From: Moniliella sp. 'wahieum'
Lineage: Eukaryota
Reading direction: 5' to 3'
Length of the DNA: 64,000 bases
Assembly (NCBI GenBank): GCA_003971905.1
Contig: RSEE01000074.1
Coordinates: 124,001-188,000, forward strand
Below, piece by piece: positions 34,834 to 49,230 of the stretch. A program made the position numbers and the translations under genes. The notes beneath the pieces were generated by a model, which worked only from the letters and a program-made list of their open reading frames with translations, made no database searches and was not told the DNA's origin. Within the stretch, counting starts at the first letter, position 1; each line of letters begins with the position of its first letter.

Positions 34834-37116
34834 TCAATCGTGGATCCACCCCGATGTGCACCACCAGCGGCGCTGCCTACCCCCATAGACTGTCCGGCCA
34901 TCGAGCAGGGTGAGCACGACTTGGGCGCCTTCCGGCGTCACGTTCACATCCATAACGTCACGATCCACAACCAAATGTCGGCCACGGCCCGGGACGGAGC
35001 ACGCCCCGCCACGCTCGGCAAATTCAGCGTAGGCCGCGTCGCGCGTAAAGGCCGCGAGGGCTTCGGCCCTGGACATGGTAGAATGTGCATGCCACTGATC
35101 GCCCTTGGTTGTGGGCCGTGTGGTGGCCGCAACAAAGCCACGCAACACATCGGGTCCTCAACCGGTACATCCGACCCAAATGCGATCCGTCCGCCCAAGG
35201 CAAGGATGGGGTGCCAGGCATATGCCCCCTGTGCCCGCTCGAGTCCGATACGCGAACAAGATACGCCTTGTCGGAGGCATAGTGCAAGGGCTGCATTGAC
35301 GCATCACGCCCTGAGTGCCAAAACGGGGCAGATCCTCTACCCGAAGCAGTTGGGCATGCTCCATCCGATGACGCATACGCTTTCCCCTTCCTTGCGGGAA
35401 GAGCTGTGAATGCATCGAGAACCAACGAGTTGCACTTATCCCAATGCAGTGCGTGTTGACTTGGAATCCGCGGTCGCTCCAGTGCTCGATAGTCGACTTG
35501 ATCTCCTTCTCTGGGATTAGAAGCATCCCACTCGCCTCAGGCTTCGAAGCGTCTGGGTAATCCTCATACGGCTGCCACATGGCTGCGCCCCAGCTTCCCA
35601 GGGCACCATCGCCAAATAACTTGACTGCCCGCACAGCCAGCCGTCCGCCTCGTTCGGAAGAGAAGGGTGAATCGACTCGCAGGACAGATTGCTGCTTTTG
35701 GCATTGAAATTGACTGCAGAGGGAAGAGGGCACTCATCATGCTATACACCCGCAAGGGCAAACCTATGACGCATCTTGAGATAGAAGAAATGCAAGAATC
35801 GAGCGTTGTGGCCGCGTCCCCGACAGATGTAATGCCTTGTGCAAGAAGACGTTCCGACGACGCACGGAGAAAGGTGGCTCGCTGCGCATCTCCAAGGCGG
35901 CAAGGCAGCATAGACAATTTCCATAGCCTTGTCGACAAACACGCCCGTTGGATCCCATTAGCGTCCCGCATGATCAACCCCCTGGAATGTCGTCCCAGCG
36001 GGCAGAGCGCCGGCCTGAGCAAGCAGATCCAGCAGCTTTGCTCACCCAGACTGCATGCACATCCACCCTCCGCAACACGATCTTTTTCCCCTCCAGGTCG
36101 GGTGTAGCAAGGTCCTTCCATGTGGGGAACAGTGCCGGAGACCAGAGCGTCTGGTCCCATCCCAACCCCTCGATCCACTCGGAAGGCGAAGAGCGAGCAT
36201 GTTCCTCGATGCGTTGAGCAATGCAAGATGTGGAAGTGCACCCGTTCAGCTTAGCTGCCGTAAGGGACCATCCATAATCCAGAAGATGGACGTGGGCATC
36301 GTGGAAGCCAGGGTAGGCCGCGTGGCCAGGAGGAAGGACGTGGAGAGGAGTCCCTTTCTTGTGGCGTTCTCTTGCTTCGAATGGGAGAGGTATTGACCTA
36401 CAGTACCGTTCGCGAGGATAACACAGTCGACGGGAGCGGCCTCGCGGAGCAGACCCAACTGCACCCTGCGGGGTCCAAGGGCGGAGTAGCGCTCCCTCTG
36501 CGCCTCGCCAAGGCGGGTGAAAGTGTGTAAATTCTTGGTCCCTTCACCGCCTCTGGGGCGGGGAGTAGGAATGGGCTCAAGAACCCATGCAGTGACAGAG
36601 AAGATTCGTCCCCCATGCAGTCGGAGTGCGGCAAGCCAGGGCAAGCCTTCTCCCACCACCGCAGCTCTTGGGCACGGATGCCATGGTACACCCATGTTTC
36701 GTCGTCGGAAGCAAAGCGGGAATGATGATGTGATGGTGAGCATAGAATGGTTTCCTCTTCCTGGAGGTCAAATGTGCTGGAGAGGAGGCGAGAGCCAGAG
36801 GCGTAAAGCCGAATGTGGATGGGCTAGCATACGTCCCACGCCCCATAGCGCCGGGAGGGTGATCAGACCAAGCCAGATCAGAGAAAAGTATGTCACTGTT
36901 GTGGGCCCCACAGAGGTCCATGACGAGGCCGTGGACGGTGGCGTGCTACCTCAGAGCGTGGGGCAGGGCGGCGGACCATGTCCTTTTTCTCGTCCGCGAG
37001 CGGAGGATTAGACGGAGGACTAGAAGCCTCCCCTGTCGCTGGAGGGTTGGCAAGCAACGTCTGCTCCATTTCGCTGCAGCTCCGGACCCCTGCGGTAAAA
37101 GGTCGGGAGTGGACAT
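34834..37116 (-). CDS. Amidohydrolase 3 family (YtcJ-like) metal-dependent hydrolase; start approximate; many frameshifts
   Basis: DAHVHLLDYG, GMGWDQTLW..FPTWKDL, RVDVHAVWVSKAA, GITSVGDA, VKLFGDGALGSWGAAM, GFQVNTHCIG, RHRMEHAQL, AFGSDVPVE, EALAAFTRDAAYAEF. Confidence 0.85.
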
Positions 37117-37794
37117 AGGACACCGGTGCACTGACAATGATAATGGCGATGGTGCTGGTGTTGGTACTGTTGCTGGCGAGGGCGAGGGCGATGGCGATGG
37201 CGATGGAGATGGAGATGGCAATGTTCGCAGCTGTCTGACCTTTCTCCTGGGGGCTGAGCCGCGGAGCGTCAGCCAGCAGCCAGATACTAGAATCTCAGAT
37301 CTCGGAGCTCTACAAGCACGGCAATGGTCCCAGAACATTTCACTTGGCATATTCGCCCATCCCAAACTCCAAGGCATGTCCCAAATTCAACGTTCAACCA
37401 AACGTTCAACTTCAGCTCAATGTTACCTCACCAACAAACTCTTGGCCGCCTTTTTGGGTCTTCCGGCGTTCTGTCCCTATCACTACTAGTCACTAGAGTC
37501 ACTAGTAGTAGCGATCATGTGGGGAGGCGAGCAAGCAAGGCAAAGGGGAGATGGTGTGATGCAATCAGGGGAAGGCAGCCCGGAGGCGCAACAGGAAGGA
37601 GCGGAAAACAGAGGCGGAACGGGGCCGCCTCGCACAGATCACTTCTACGGCTTAACGTTTACAAAGTAGGCCAGCGAATCAATCAGGTGCAAGGCTATGA
37701 GGAACGACAGAGACAATCCACAGCCCCTCTGGTGTAACGAATGAATAGTACAGCTAGTACCACAAGCCTATCCTGTTCCGAGATAGCCACACAA

Positions 37795-38791
37795 TCAGAA
37801 GACGTTCATACCAACAGGGATGGTCACAGTCTCGCCTGGCTTAAACACCGGGAGTCCCAAGAAAGGGCAAGAGGAGCAGCGGAAGGCGTCCCCTAGAGAG
37901 CACGACCCACATGACGAGGTAGTTCCCTTGGTCTCCACACGGATTCGCTTCACTTTTTTGAGCCGCCCATCGGCTCCGGTCACTGTTTCGATAGTCTCGG
38001 TCCGTACCGCCGTACCTGGTGTGGAGCAGGCAGTCCTGCTCTTCCGCAAGCATGACAACGGCGCCTTGTTGAGCCTGCTCCTCCTCAAGCTCACGCAAAC
38101 CACAAGTGCAACCCTTGCAGGCGCGTTTCCTCCTCGGGCCCTTGGAAGTGAGGGAGAAACCTGGCTGAAGCGGAGCGCAGTCTCCCCCCTTGGCGCGCGA
38201 AGGGTTGATTTTGTCGGCAGCGGCCAATAGGCTCTGGGATCCACTGTGGTCGAATGAGGAGAGGTAGCCCAAAGAGACTTTTTGCCAGATTTGGTGCGGC
38301 GAAAAGAAAGGGCCACAGGAGCGGTCGGGGTGGCCGCCTGAACCTTTCTACTTCGGATTGAGCCGTGCTCGATCGCAATTTCGGACAAGCCCGTCAACAA
38401 CAGTTCTCCCCGTACCCGCTTGGCCAATGTCTCGTCCCACGAGCCAGCTGCGACCACTTTGAGTGGCGCATTTTCTACGAGTGCCGCGTGCACAGCCGTC
38501 AAGAGCGGGCGAGTTCGTTTCTTCACAATCTGAGCCAAGGGCATCACCAGAACCGCCTCGTCATAACTCGATGGGGAGAGGTCGGCGCCTAAACGCTGAG
38601 GGTCAGTATTTCTCCAGCATACGGTGAAGGCAGAAGCACACACCTCCATCAGTGATGCGGTCGGACATGTACATCTCAATCCTGCGTCCAAGCGCAGAGA
38701 GCTCCTCGACGACGCGCTGGTACGTGCCATCAGCCGCAGCTGTGAGAGTGCTGACGACCAAGACGGAAGGGGTGTTTGTCGCAGCGGGCAT
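37795..38791 (-). CDS. DRE2: Fe-S cluster assembly protein Dre2 (anamorsin/CIAPIN1); intron 38589-38643
   Basis: [19 protein letters not shown] and [29 protein letters not shown]. Confidence 0.95.
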
Positions 38792-39538
38792 GGTCAATAA
38801 TTGATGGTAGAGGGAGGATGATGATGGTGGTGGTGAGAAGGAGCGGGGAGGTTGATCGTATGCCAAAGATGTACGAGCTGATTAGGCGTCTTTAGTATCC
38901 CCCCGAAGAATCCCGCCCAAGTTGACAGTACAACATTGATACGATATAGATGATCGGGATCATTGTCGGTGATGGGACGAGTGTGGCGCTTGGCGTCGCA
39001 CATGGGTAGGCCTGCCAGTGAGGCTGAGGAGGTGGGGGGGGGGAAGCGGCCGTCGCCGGTGAGGTGAATATGGCGAATTCTGAGCCTCGGGCCCTCAGGA
39101 ACTTCACTTGTCGGTGCCTCTCACCGGTTACCGTTATCTCAGGCATCAACCGTTGAAGGTGTAAAAAGCCCAACACTGCCCTTTCGCCAGGGGAGAGGGT
39201 GCGATAGGGTTCATTAATCATTAATCATTAGTAATTGCTACACAAATTCAGATTCTGATATCTGTGTGCCACCTCGAATGGAGCCACGGCGGCAGGCACT
39301 ACTCCCCACTCTGTAGTTTCGCCTCCATGCAAGTACAATAGGGACTGCCACCATCGGAAAAGAGAGATGGCGTTTACGAGGGTGAGTCAAACGTTGCATG
39401 TGGAACGTTGGTCGTTCAGTATATTCCATTGCAGAGCAACACCACGACAATCAGCATCGGTGGGTGGACCCACGGGCCCATTAAAAACAAAGGAGAGGGG
39501 GACAGAAAAGGAAAAGGATAATCGGGGACGAAGTGACC

Positions 39539-40943
39539 TCATTCGTTCCCTGTCGGGTCTCCTCCGGTCAAAGAAATCTTCCACTCTCCCGAGCTGTCGT
39601 CGTCGGAACTGGAGCCCGAGAGAGACGCGGGTCGCTTCCATCCGACTCATCCGATTCATCGCAGTCTCCGTCATCCGAATCCTGGGACTCCGAGCTGTCG
39701 TCATCAATCCTCCTCACTATCGTCGCCCGAGTCGCCCTCGTCGCAATCGTCCTCCGCACCAGAGGGAGAGTTCGCTTTCGCTTCCTCAGCATGTGCACGG
39801 GGGAGTACGTTGATCGGGGTCATACTGGCCTCCGGCGCTGAGAGCGAGAAAGAGACGTGTACGGGGGAGGAGGAAACAGACTCGCTCTCACTTGCTGTCG
39901 GTGTAGCCTTGGGCAGGGACGAGCCTTGTGCGCTGGCGGGATGGAGTGGGTAGCGGGATAATGGTCGATTTGGAGGGGTGCTTCAGGCTGGTACTGGAAC
40001 CGGGAGATGAAGCTGCAGAACCATGGAACGGATGAAAGTACATGATTGCCCCAGTGGCACTGCTCTCCTTCAGAGTTTGGGAAGCAGATGCGCTACCCTC
40101 CAGGGAACTACTCCCCAGGGGTTGGGGAGCAGATGCACTACCCTCCCGCACACTGGGGTAGACCAAGTGGGAAACAGGAGAGTAGGAAAATGTCTGACTC
40201 ACCCCGTCTTGGACAGTTGTGGAAGAGGGGTGGCAAGCTTCCAGGGTGAAAGAGTAGAGCGCCGTAGTAACCGGGGAAAAGAGGGGGGCCAAAGGCCATG
40301 AGCTGGGTGTGTATGACGCACACAGCTTGGTGCCCCCGTAGCTCACTTGAACTTGCACCTCTTTTACCGTTGCCTTGGGTACCACTTTGGCTTTGTGATG
40401 GACCGAGCTGGCGTGCGCAGACGAGAGAGAAGTCTTGGTGTTGTTTCCGACAGGGACCAGGTGAACATGTGCCGCGTCCGAGTGAGTGTCACTGGACCAG
40501 CCAAGAATCAGATCGCCCAACGGATTGCCTCTTGAGATGCTCCGAGTTAGACTGAGGGAGCCGATATCCAGCGCATGGCCCAAGATCTGCACCGGCGCGA
40601 CGAGAGACAAGTGACCCTTCTCTACCGTTCCCTGAGACGGCGACGGTGACGAAGAGGAGGCCGTGGGGGGGTCGACAGAGGCTGATGCATGAGGAGCCGA
40701 AGTGGACTTAATCGGATCCGGCCGGGGGAGGAACGTAGCAGAGGCGACCGGATGGAGCGGAAGGGAGCGCGAGATCTTGGGTTGAGTGCTAAGTACCCAT
40801 CCCGAGGACCCTGAACCCTGGAGTCCCTGCTGAATACCCCTCTCGTGGTGGTCGTAGGAGGTGTCCAGGGCTGCACGTGGGATGGGGTGGGCCGAGCCAA
40901 TGGCCGCCAGGGCCAGGGCAAGGAGGAGGGGGGCTTTGACCAT
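39539..40943 (-). CDS. Secreted Ser-rich protein with a small Cys-pair domain and acidic tail; probable intron 39838-39891; stop approximate
   Basis: Signal peptide MVKAPLLLALALAAIGSA-HPIPR; 350-codon open exon; LCASYTP...FTLEAC...SQTFSYSP; Asp/Glu/Ser-rich second exon. Confidence 0.65.
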
Positions 40944-42134
40944 AGTGGGGACGGGAGGAGCGCAGAGAATAGGGGGAAACTCGCCAGGAGTAGGGTTCAC
41001 CAGGAACCAGGTGGAGGTAGAGGAGGGTGGAGGGGGGCTAGGCCAGCTAGCAGGGGGGAGATGGTGGGGGTGGGTGGTGGGCTGTAGGTGGTGGGTGGGC
41101 GTCCGGCTGAAGGCGGTTGCTGCTGAGGACTTTTATGTTGGAGCTCAGTTGCCCTAGCATCTACTTGTCTATGCGCGGTGCACGGAGAGAGCAGCACGGG
41201 GGAAGTGTCGGTGGAGCTACCATAAAATTCCGCTCGGCTGCAGTTTCCACGTGGCGGCCGCTCGATCGTAAGAAAGCCTAACCCTAAGCCTAACCGGCAA
41301 CCCGGTAACCGGCAACCCTGAGACCCCGCAAGGGCCCGAGGGACAGCACTGCAGCAGCCACAGCAGATCAGCCATTGCTGTAAATATCGATCGATGTTGA
41401 TTGATATTGATCGATCTGATCGCAGATCTCAGACCGGCAGGGGCGGGGGACCGCCTGGCACAGTACCGCGCTGGTACGCCAGCAAGAACACAGACGCCGC
41501 TTGGCATCGTCAGCGAATCGGCAGCAACCAAAACCATGCGCTGTACCCGGGTGGGTAGTGGCGGGCGGGGCAACCTTACTGTTCGTGCCCACCATCCACA
41601 CTCGATTGGTGCTCGCTGTAGAGACGGAGCAGGCCATGTTTTTTGTCGTGTTGACTGATGTGACAGCAGAGAACTAACGAGGTGTAACAGTTACATTCCA
41701 CCGCATTGATGTCACCGTCTTCTGTGGAGAGGAAAGCATGGCCTTTCCTTTCCTTCAATGATATACATAGGGGCCAGCATCATACACAAGGGACCTCCCT
41801 CGCATGCATCTATGTAGCGCTAGGCCATATGCTCCCGTACACCAGGTTTAGCGTATCAGATCCTTTAAATGGAGGGAAGGTGAACGTTGTCCGTTGAGAA
41901 CTCTTCCTTGAAAAGCGAGTGAGGGGAGCACAGACCAAAAGGTTATCCAAAAATGACCGGGCGTATATGAATTGGGACACGTGCACAGTGAAAAAAGAGA
42001 GGGAGGGGGCGCAAATTGGAGTACCATGGGAGGCCAACACAACTCACGTTCGGGAAGCCCACATCTACCCAAAACAGCGGCTCATGTAGAACCAGGAGTG
42101 AATGGGACAAGAGAGGGAGATGGGAGGGGGGGGG

Positions 42135-44466
42135 TTACAGAGAGGCCAATGCCCACCGACGAGAGGGATGAAGAGCGACGCGTTCAATGTGGCCGAGCTC
42201 GACTTCATTTCCCACATCCTCCTCGCCGCGTTCTGCATAGGACAGCTCCTTGTAGTGGTGCCAATTGGCTTTTCTGGTCGGTTGGAACCGGTGTAGATCT
42301 CGCAGCGCCTCGAGTTCCTCGTGAGCTCGGGCCTGGGCCTCATCTGCAGCGATGGCAACTTCCTGCTTGGCAGCATCGGTACGAGCGGCGATAGTGTCAA
42401 GCACCTCTGTCATGCCGGCCTGATGATTGTCTGGTTTGCCCAGGTTTTGAATTCCTTGAACGAGGCGAGGGTAGGTCTGCTGCATTTTTCGATTTTGTTT
42501 TCGCAACGCTTTGAGCGCAAGGCGTTTTTGTTCGAGCTGGGCTGAACGTTCTGCGTCGTAGACTCGCCCTACAGACCCAATCTTCCTGCCGTTTCAAAGC
42601 AACCAAAAGAATGAGAAGGCAGGCGTGGATAGCGAGGTAGTGGATCGTCTGCCAGATCCTTGATGGGCAAAAGAACAAAGATAATTGCAACCACGATGCG
42701 GGAGAGAATTCGGGTGTGCCGTGAGAGTAAAGGGGTTCCCCATTGGTCCAGAGAGGAGTGAATGGCACCTAAGAGCGCGATGCACAACAGAGAGACGGCG
42801 AGAGCGCCCGAATAATACCAGGTCACCCCTTGCGGGACGGTCCGGTTGGGGATGAGCTGAGTCAGCGTGGAGCTCATCACGATCAAGGAGACGGCCAATC
42901 TGGGTAGGATCGAGTCAATCGAGTACAGTTAGTCTTACAGTTGAACCAATAACCAAATTGAGAGACGGTGAGAAACGTACGGGAAGTGGATAGTGGTGTA
43001 CAAGGTGGATGTGAAGTAATGTCGTCTCAAGCGTGAACAAAAGTGCGGGTGGCATCGGCGTCAAAGTAGACGAAGCAAAGGAAAAAGGAAACGATAACCG
43101 CAAGGCAGGCTCGTCCAAACCTTCGGTTCCACCGCAGCTTCGTGGCCACCGTCGAAAAAGCCGTGGTAGGTGGTGTTCATGATTACCTCGCCCGTGATGA
43201 CCAAAATGAGAAGCGTCAAGCGTTCCATAATATGCTCAATGTTGATGGCTGGAATGTAGAATGTTCGTTCCCGCTTGCTGCCCCAATGGTGGAGTGCTTT
43301 TTGACCGAAGATGATAAGATATCGCACATTGATGTCAACCATAAAGCCAACAAGACACATGGCCATCACAGCTTTGGTATTAGTAGTGAAGAGAAGCGGG
43401 AGGAAGAATGAGGAGGTATAGACAGTGATCAACTGGGTCCACGTTTTAGCATTTAAGAAGCGCAGCAGATCAGAGAGGAAAGGCGCGTACTGATTGGAGC
43501 CAGAGGGCAAACCTAAAGTTGCGCAGTTGACACCCCCAAGCAAAGAGAAGGATGACCTTGAATAACCGGGAGACCAACCAAAACGACATGGCGGCTTGAA
43601 TGGACGTGTGCCATCCTTCGTTGAAATAATAGGGTCCAATGAGATGAGCATGGAGGTCCAGCTTGATATCTTCTTCTGGCGCCCCTCTTCTGCAAGCAAC
43701 ACTCTTCTTCCCAAGCCCATGACGGCACGTTTGACCGTGCGGACAGCCTCCTCTACCCCTTCCGTTGCTTCGTTAGGAAAATGACCAATGTGCAAGTCAC
43801 GCACATTGGAGATGTAGGCAATGATCATCATCATCATGAACAGTAGAACGCCACGCTGGTATATATCGTCCGTGCCAAATTGGTTGACAATCTTTTGTTG
43901 GTCCAGCCAAATGACCCAGGCGAGATAGATCTCAAACGTCAGCAGTGCGACCGTCCATGCAGAGGGTGTCGATTCGGCCAAGTTTTCAGCTGCTGCATGG
44001 GCCAAGCCAGCAAAAACAAGATCAAAAACGAGTTCAAATCGAGACGTCTCGCGCTCATGGACCTCTCCGTAGTAACTGTTGGCCACTTGGGAGTTAGGCA
44101 TCTTCTCGTATATAAACGCCTAGGCGGGGTGAGAGGGACGTACTATCGGCCATGGATCCACTGACGGATGATGGGAGGTTTGACCAAATGACGCCAGGTG
44201 AGGGGGATATGAGGTCCCATGGGCGCAACATATTTGTCCGTCTTACCGGTGTGGACAAAGTCGAAAATGTGTTCCATCTTCACCTCCTCGGCGGTGAGTT
44301 TGGACGGGATGGGATGGAGGCCATTGGCATCTGAGCTGGCACCTTTCTCCTCCTGGGGCGAGGAGTCATCCAATGGTGTGTTACTACTACCCACTCCCTC
44401 TTCCTGCTGGAGGGGAGCATTGGGGCTAGCGGGGCTGCTGGCATCATGTTGCTCCAGCTCGGTCAC
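42135..44466 (-). CDS. LtrA (low temperature requirement A) family membrane protein; intron 44076-44143 plus probable introns near 43433-43490 and 42902-42980; start approximate
   Basis: KPPIIRQWIH, ERETSRFELVFDLVFAG, NQFGTDD, PAINIEHIMERLTLLILVITGEVI; multiple transmembrane segments. Confidence 0.78.
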
Positions 44467-45542
44467 GAGCGGGTTCTGGGGGCTGGAAGTGTGGTGGCGG
44501 TGAAAGCCAAAGAGGCGTTCCTCGTCTTCAGAGTCTGAGTCGGAAGAGGAAGAGGAAGAAGAAGAGAACTGTCGATAGGGTTGAGAACATGTCCGATGGC
44601 CCGCGCATTACGGCGGACCGAGGCGCGCAAATGAGGCCACCTCCGGGTGAGAAGGCGTGTGCAACAGAGGATTTTGAGCATCAGTCTGACCAGGTGGGTG
44701 GTGGTGCTGGCGTAGACACGGGAGGCTGCTGAACCTCAGGGTCGGACATGGCGATGGTGGTGGCAGCGGAAGTGCAGGCTATACCACCGGAAGGCATGAC
44801 ATGGAGGGTGTGCGTTGCATCGTGCCAGGGGCACAGGACAACGGCAGGCTTGGCAGCGCCACATCTGCATTATTGGAGAAAAAGCGCCAATGGGGGGGGA
44901 GTGTTCCGGTGCAGGACAGGGACCGGAAGACGATAGGTGAGAACAGCAAAGCTTATATATTGCCAGTCGCCCCTCCGGCGGGCCTTGCCCCGCCACCCGC
45001 GAGTCGCGCCAAGCCTTCACAATTTCAGAAGCAACTGTGATGTACTGATGCACTGCTGGGGCCTGCTGTTGATCGAGATATCCGACGAGGGAGATGAGGC
45101 ATCCCTTGGCATCCTGTTGACGCATGTTGGTGGTCGAGTCGCCACATGAACGCCCCACTAGTACCGCCCGCTTGGGGGTTAGCAGTCTGTAGTACTGAGA
45201 CTCAGTACCAACAGTCAGTAGTATTACTCTACTGTGTGTGGGTACACTACTATTAGGGGTTCTGCCTGCGCGGCGTTGAGACATTGGGTCCCACCAGACA
45301 CTAGCGCTTCTCACGATCTCATGCTAAGGGGTGTCTGCAAGCCACCCCCACCGTGTCAGCCTAGAGCTGGCGTGCACTTGCGAACATGCATGTGGACGAG
45401 GAACCGGTCACTGGTAGGCCAGAACCACATTGGATCCACTGTGGAAAATAGACAGATGTATTGCCCGTTGCTTGGAGGTATTATACTTTTTGGCGGAGCA
45501 GGCGGAGGAACAGCTTCAAGGTTCAGCCTGAGCTTCAGCGGT

Positions 45543-48500
45543 TTAGCCGTGATAGGGAGGTGGATAGTCGAGCAGACGCTGGTTTGGGGCAGCGTAATAG
45601 CTGGGCAAGTAGTCAGGGAAGTACATGTGCTGCCCATAGACCATGGCAGTAGGGGCATAGAGATCTCGGTAGTAGAGCATGGGCGTGGGCCAGCCCGCCT
45701 CGCCGACCCGGATCGTGCGGGACTCGGTGTTGGGATCGATGCGCATTCCCACGGGTGGGATCCGCACCTTGGCCGATTGCAGCTCGGTGTCAGAGACAGT
45801 ATAACGGGAGATGCGTGCAGAAGCCACTCGTTCCACTCCACGGTAGAAGATGTACTGACACCACCGGTCATCATCCGCCGGGTCCACATCGAGCATCTTG
45901 CCCTCGTCCACCAGGATGCCATAGGGGGAGGGCCGAGGTGCATGTGGCTCGGTCACCAAGTAGCCCAAGAAGACAGTTGGGTGGGGGAAAGCGGCCGCCA
46001 AATGGGTGGCAATGGCTGTACTCTGCAGTTCCCGATCCAGCGCATCTTCTTCCTGTCCATTGTGCGACACCCACACCATCGTCTCCACCCCGTACACGTC
46101 GAGCCAGGCTTCGATCGCGGGTGCAAGTTCGCCGCCCTGCGGCGATGGGAGCAGATGGTGGGTTGAATTGATAATGGGGAAGCGAGAAAGAAGGATGGCA
46201 CCCCATGTGTGTTTTTGTGGTCCAGGGCCCATATCAGCATACACACCCAATCGGTAAGAGAGCCATTGGGTCAAGCTGTTTCTAGTTAGACTGATGCCCC
46301 GCCACGAACAAGAAAAGGCTATAAAAGGGAGGACATACTCGCGATTACCATAAACGACACGTTGCAAGTCCGTTTCGAGCAGACCCACCACATCAAGCCT
46401 TGTGTGGAGATAGAGGTCACTAAGACGGGTGCCAGACTCCCACATTTCTTGGTCCAGACCAAAATGAACCGTGTGGATGCCAACAGTCATGACTCGGTGG
46501 TGAGTTTGAGCCGCATCAGGGGGTTGAATGATGGGTTTGTGCCAAATTGGGACGGGAAGACTCAGAAGGGATATCAGCACCACCAAGAGCGTCAGAACCT
46601 TCCCTGCAGCAGATTTGGCCTTGAGGGAAGGTGTTTGCCTCTCCGGCGAAGGCGCGCGATCTGTTTTTTCCGCCGGCGTGGGCTCTTGTTTGCCTGTAGC
46701 TGCGGGTTCGATCTCGGATCTAGATGAAGGCAAGGCCACAGCGGCCGCCAAGAAAGCTTGAGAGATGATGATCATCATCCCCGACCGTTCCCGGAAGAAG
46801 GGGCCAATGACAGGAACGAAGGCATAGGCGACCGTCAATACCTGGAAGAAAGTGATTAGCGCCGACGCGAACCACATGGCAGCGGCAGAAGCAAATCCTT
46901 GACCCGCCATACACAGCAAACGTGCACGATCACTCTTGGGAGGCAGAGGGGCACTAGCAGCAGGGCAGGAAAGGCGGCCCAGTTATCAACCCAGTAAACC
47001 CAAAGAAGTGCTGAAGTCGCAACGGCCGTTATCGAGAGAGAGGTGAACCGGGAAATAGGGCGCGACGAAAGGAAGATCCCAATAGCGAAGGCAATCAGAA
47101 CAATCCACCCATGCTTCAATGGTTCTGGTCCATTGATTGGGTACCCGGTCCAAGTCCAGGAGATGAGTGTCCCAGCGTCCGAAAGGTACATGGGAAGCGT
47201 GTAGAGGGCTACTGCCGAGCCAAGGATCCCGACAAGACGATATGGCCCTTTTCCCATGAACTGCACCTCTGGCTGGGACAGCGCCTCGGAGGCCTCAACA
47301 GAAGCATCGTGTAAAGTGTTTCCAGGCCTCGACACTCGTTCAGCGAAAGCGAGCAGAGCGACAACGAGACCAAGACGGTTCCATCCCGCATGAGGTCCAT
47401 TTCCGGTGCCTTCTCCATTGTTCATGCCCAAGTTAAGCATATCAGGAACGATGCCCATCGGGTTGCCTTCGTGCGGGCTGGCTGGGCGCATAAAGGGCGC
47501 AAGGGGGTGATTGCCAAAGCATGCGTACTTGGCCAACATGGTCAAGAGCAGTCCCAACAAAAATCGCACCAGTTGGCTGCGCACGGCTTGGGGGTGAGCA
47601 AGGGCGGCATGCCCCCACTCTAAGTGTAGCCGAACTGCTGCCGCACCAGCAGCCAATGTGACCAAGCAGAGTCTGCCATGGGGACTTTGGACCCCCAAGA
47701 AGCCAGGGCAGGAGTTCCAACAAGTGGAGCAAAAGGAATCGAGCCGAGGCATGGGTGGGTCCCTTGAGTCCCCTCAGCGGGGCGCCAATCAAGTCGATGC
47801 GTACCTTTCCTTGGGAGAAAAAGAGATTGCGCAGGAACGGGAGACAGAGCAGGACCAAGACCAAAATTGGAAAAGTACCACCATTTCTTCCCCCCAGCAG
47901 CGAGGTTGTAGACCGAGAAGTAAAACAGCACTGGAAAAACGTTGGTCGTACTGGTCCAAAAGAGGAATTGCCAATAGACATCAGAAAGGAGAGCGAGGTA
48001 GGTACGCCAAGCCGGGACCGGTTCAGCCACCGGCCACTCCCCCCCTGACGCCTCCTCCGCGGGCAAATGCGCCGCAACACTCGTCACTCTCGTTTTCAGA
48101 GTGCTTCTGCTCGCTGGACGCAACGAGAAGCTCAGTTGCAGCGTCGGACGTAGCCAAGGTGAAACGTAATATGACGCAAGTCGAATCCCGAGGCGGCGTC
48201 GAAGGCAATGTCGGTCAGGATCAGGCCCCATTCAAAACAAATAGATGGAGTACATGCCAGGCACCTCAAGAACCTTGTGTTGATAGAAAAAGTACACCAT
48301 AAACGGAGTGCAGCAAAGAAGCCGATGCACGAAAGGGCCCGCATGCGCCATCCAGTCATGCCCTTGCGAGGGATTAGCCCGTCCGGCAGCTGGGTCAAGC
48401 AGATACCCATCCAAGGCACAGTCAATGCAATGTAGGCACCCATGGCAATGTCGTGCACGTCATGGTCGTCGGAGCTGGTGATGTACACCCATCCACCGCA

Positions 48501-48870
48501 GGAGATGGTGCGCAGCGTACCAACCACGAGCACGATCCAGGCAGCGCGACGTGAGCGCCTATCGGATGGGGCTGGAGCGCGATGACAAGCGCGCAGAGAC
48601 CGACCAGCAGGAAGCCGGGCCACTGGTCATGGCGATGAAAATCTGGAAAACGTTGCGCTCTGGGTACCAGTCGCCAATCGTGGCACTCACGCTGGGCCAC
48701 CACTCGTCGGGGTAGGCGGCCACTCCGTTCTTGACCACCTTGTGGTAGTGCAGGGCCAAGGCGAGCAGGAGGGCTACAAGGAAGCCCAAGCCGCCCAGGA
48801 GGGTGTGGGCCATGCTCACGACGCTGGCGCGGGCGGACCAGAGCGGGCGCTCGCCAGCGTAGGTCGCCAT
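45543..48870 (-). CDS. CWH43: Cwh43 GPI-anchor lipid remodelling protein (Frag1/PGAP2-like N-terminus plus EEP-fold C-terminus); intron 46276-46338
   Basis: HYHKVVKN..YPDEWWPSVSATIGDWYPERNVFQIFIAMTSGP; CGGWVYITSSDDHDVHD; HFGLD; VVGLLETDLQR..GNRD; YADMGPGPQKHTWGAILLSRFPIINSTHHLLPSP.GELAPAI; HNGQEEDALDRELQS; SDTELQ. Confidence 0.95.
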
Positions 48871-49163
48871 GCGGAACACTGCAGAGGACGGAGGGCCGGG
48901 AGATGGACGGAAGGAGGTGCGGATGCAACCGGAAGAAGAGAGGCCCGAACCCGAAGAGGCGACGACAAGCTCGTGCTCGGCCTCTGGGCTTGAATATCCT
49001 GAATCTTTTGAATGAGCGCTTTTGAGCACTGCTCCACCGTCGCACACTGCCCGCGTGCTGAACGCGCATACCAGGCACTGGGGGCTTGCATGCACGGCGT
49101 TCCTATTGTCGCACGTCGATCCAAACAATGCATCAGTGTGATGCACTGTCACACGTCACGCTT

Positions 49164-49230
49164 CACTAGTCACTAGTCACTAGCTTTGCTGGAGCTAGTC
49201 ACTCTCATCTCGCCACTAGCCACTAGCACT
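49164..49230. repeat. (CACTAGT) heptamer array with degenerate continuation
   Basis: cactagtcactagtcactag ... gctagtcact ... cactagccactagcact. Confidence 0.8.

Noticed and set aside
41277..41320. CCTAACCCTAA as an interstitial telomere
   Set aside because: Fewer than two full units, merging into ACCGG/GGTAACC palindromic words
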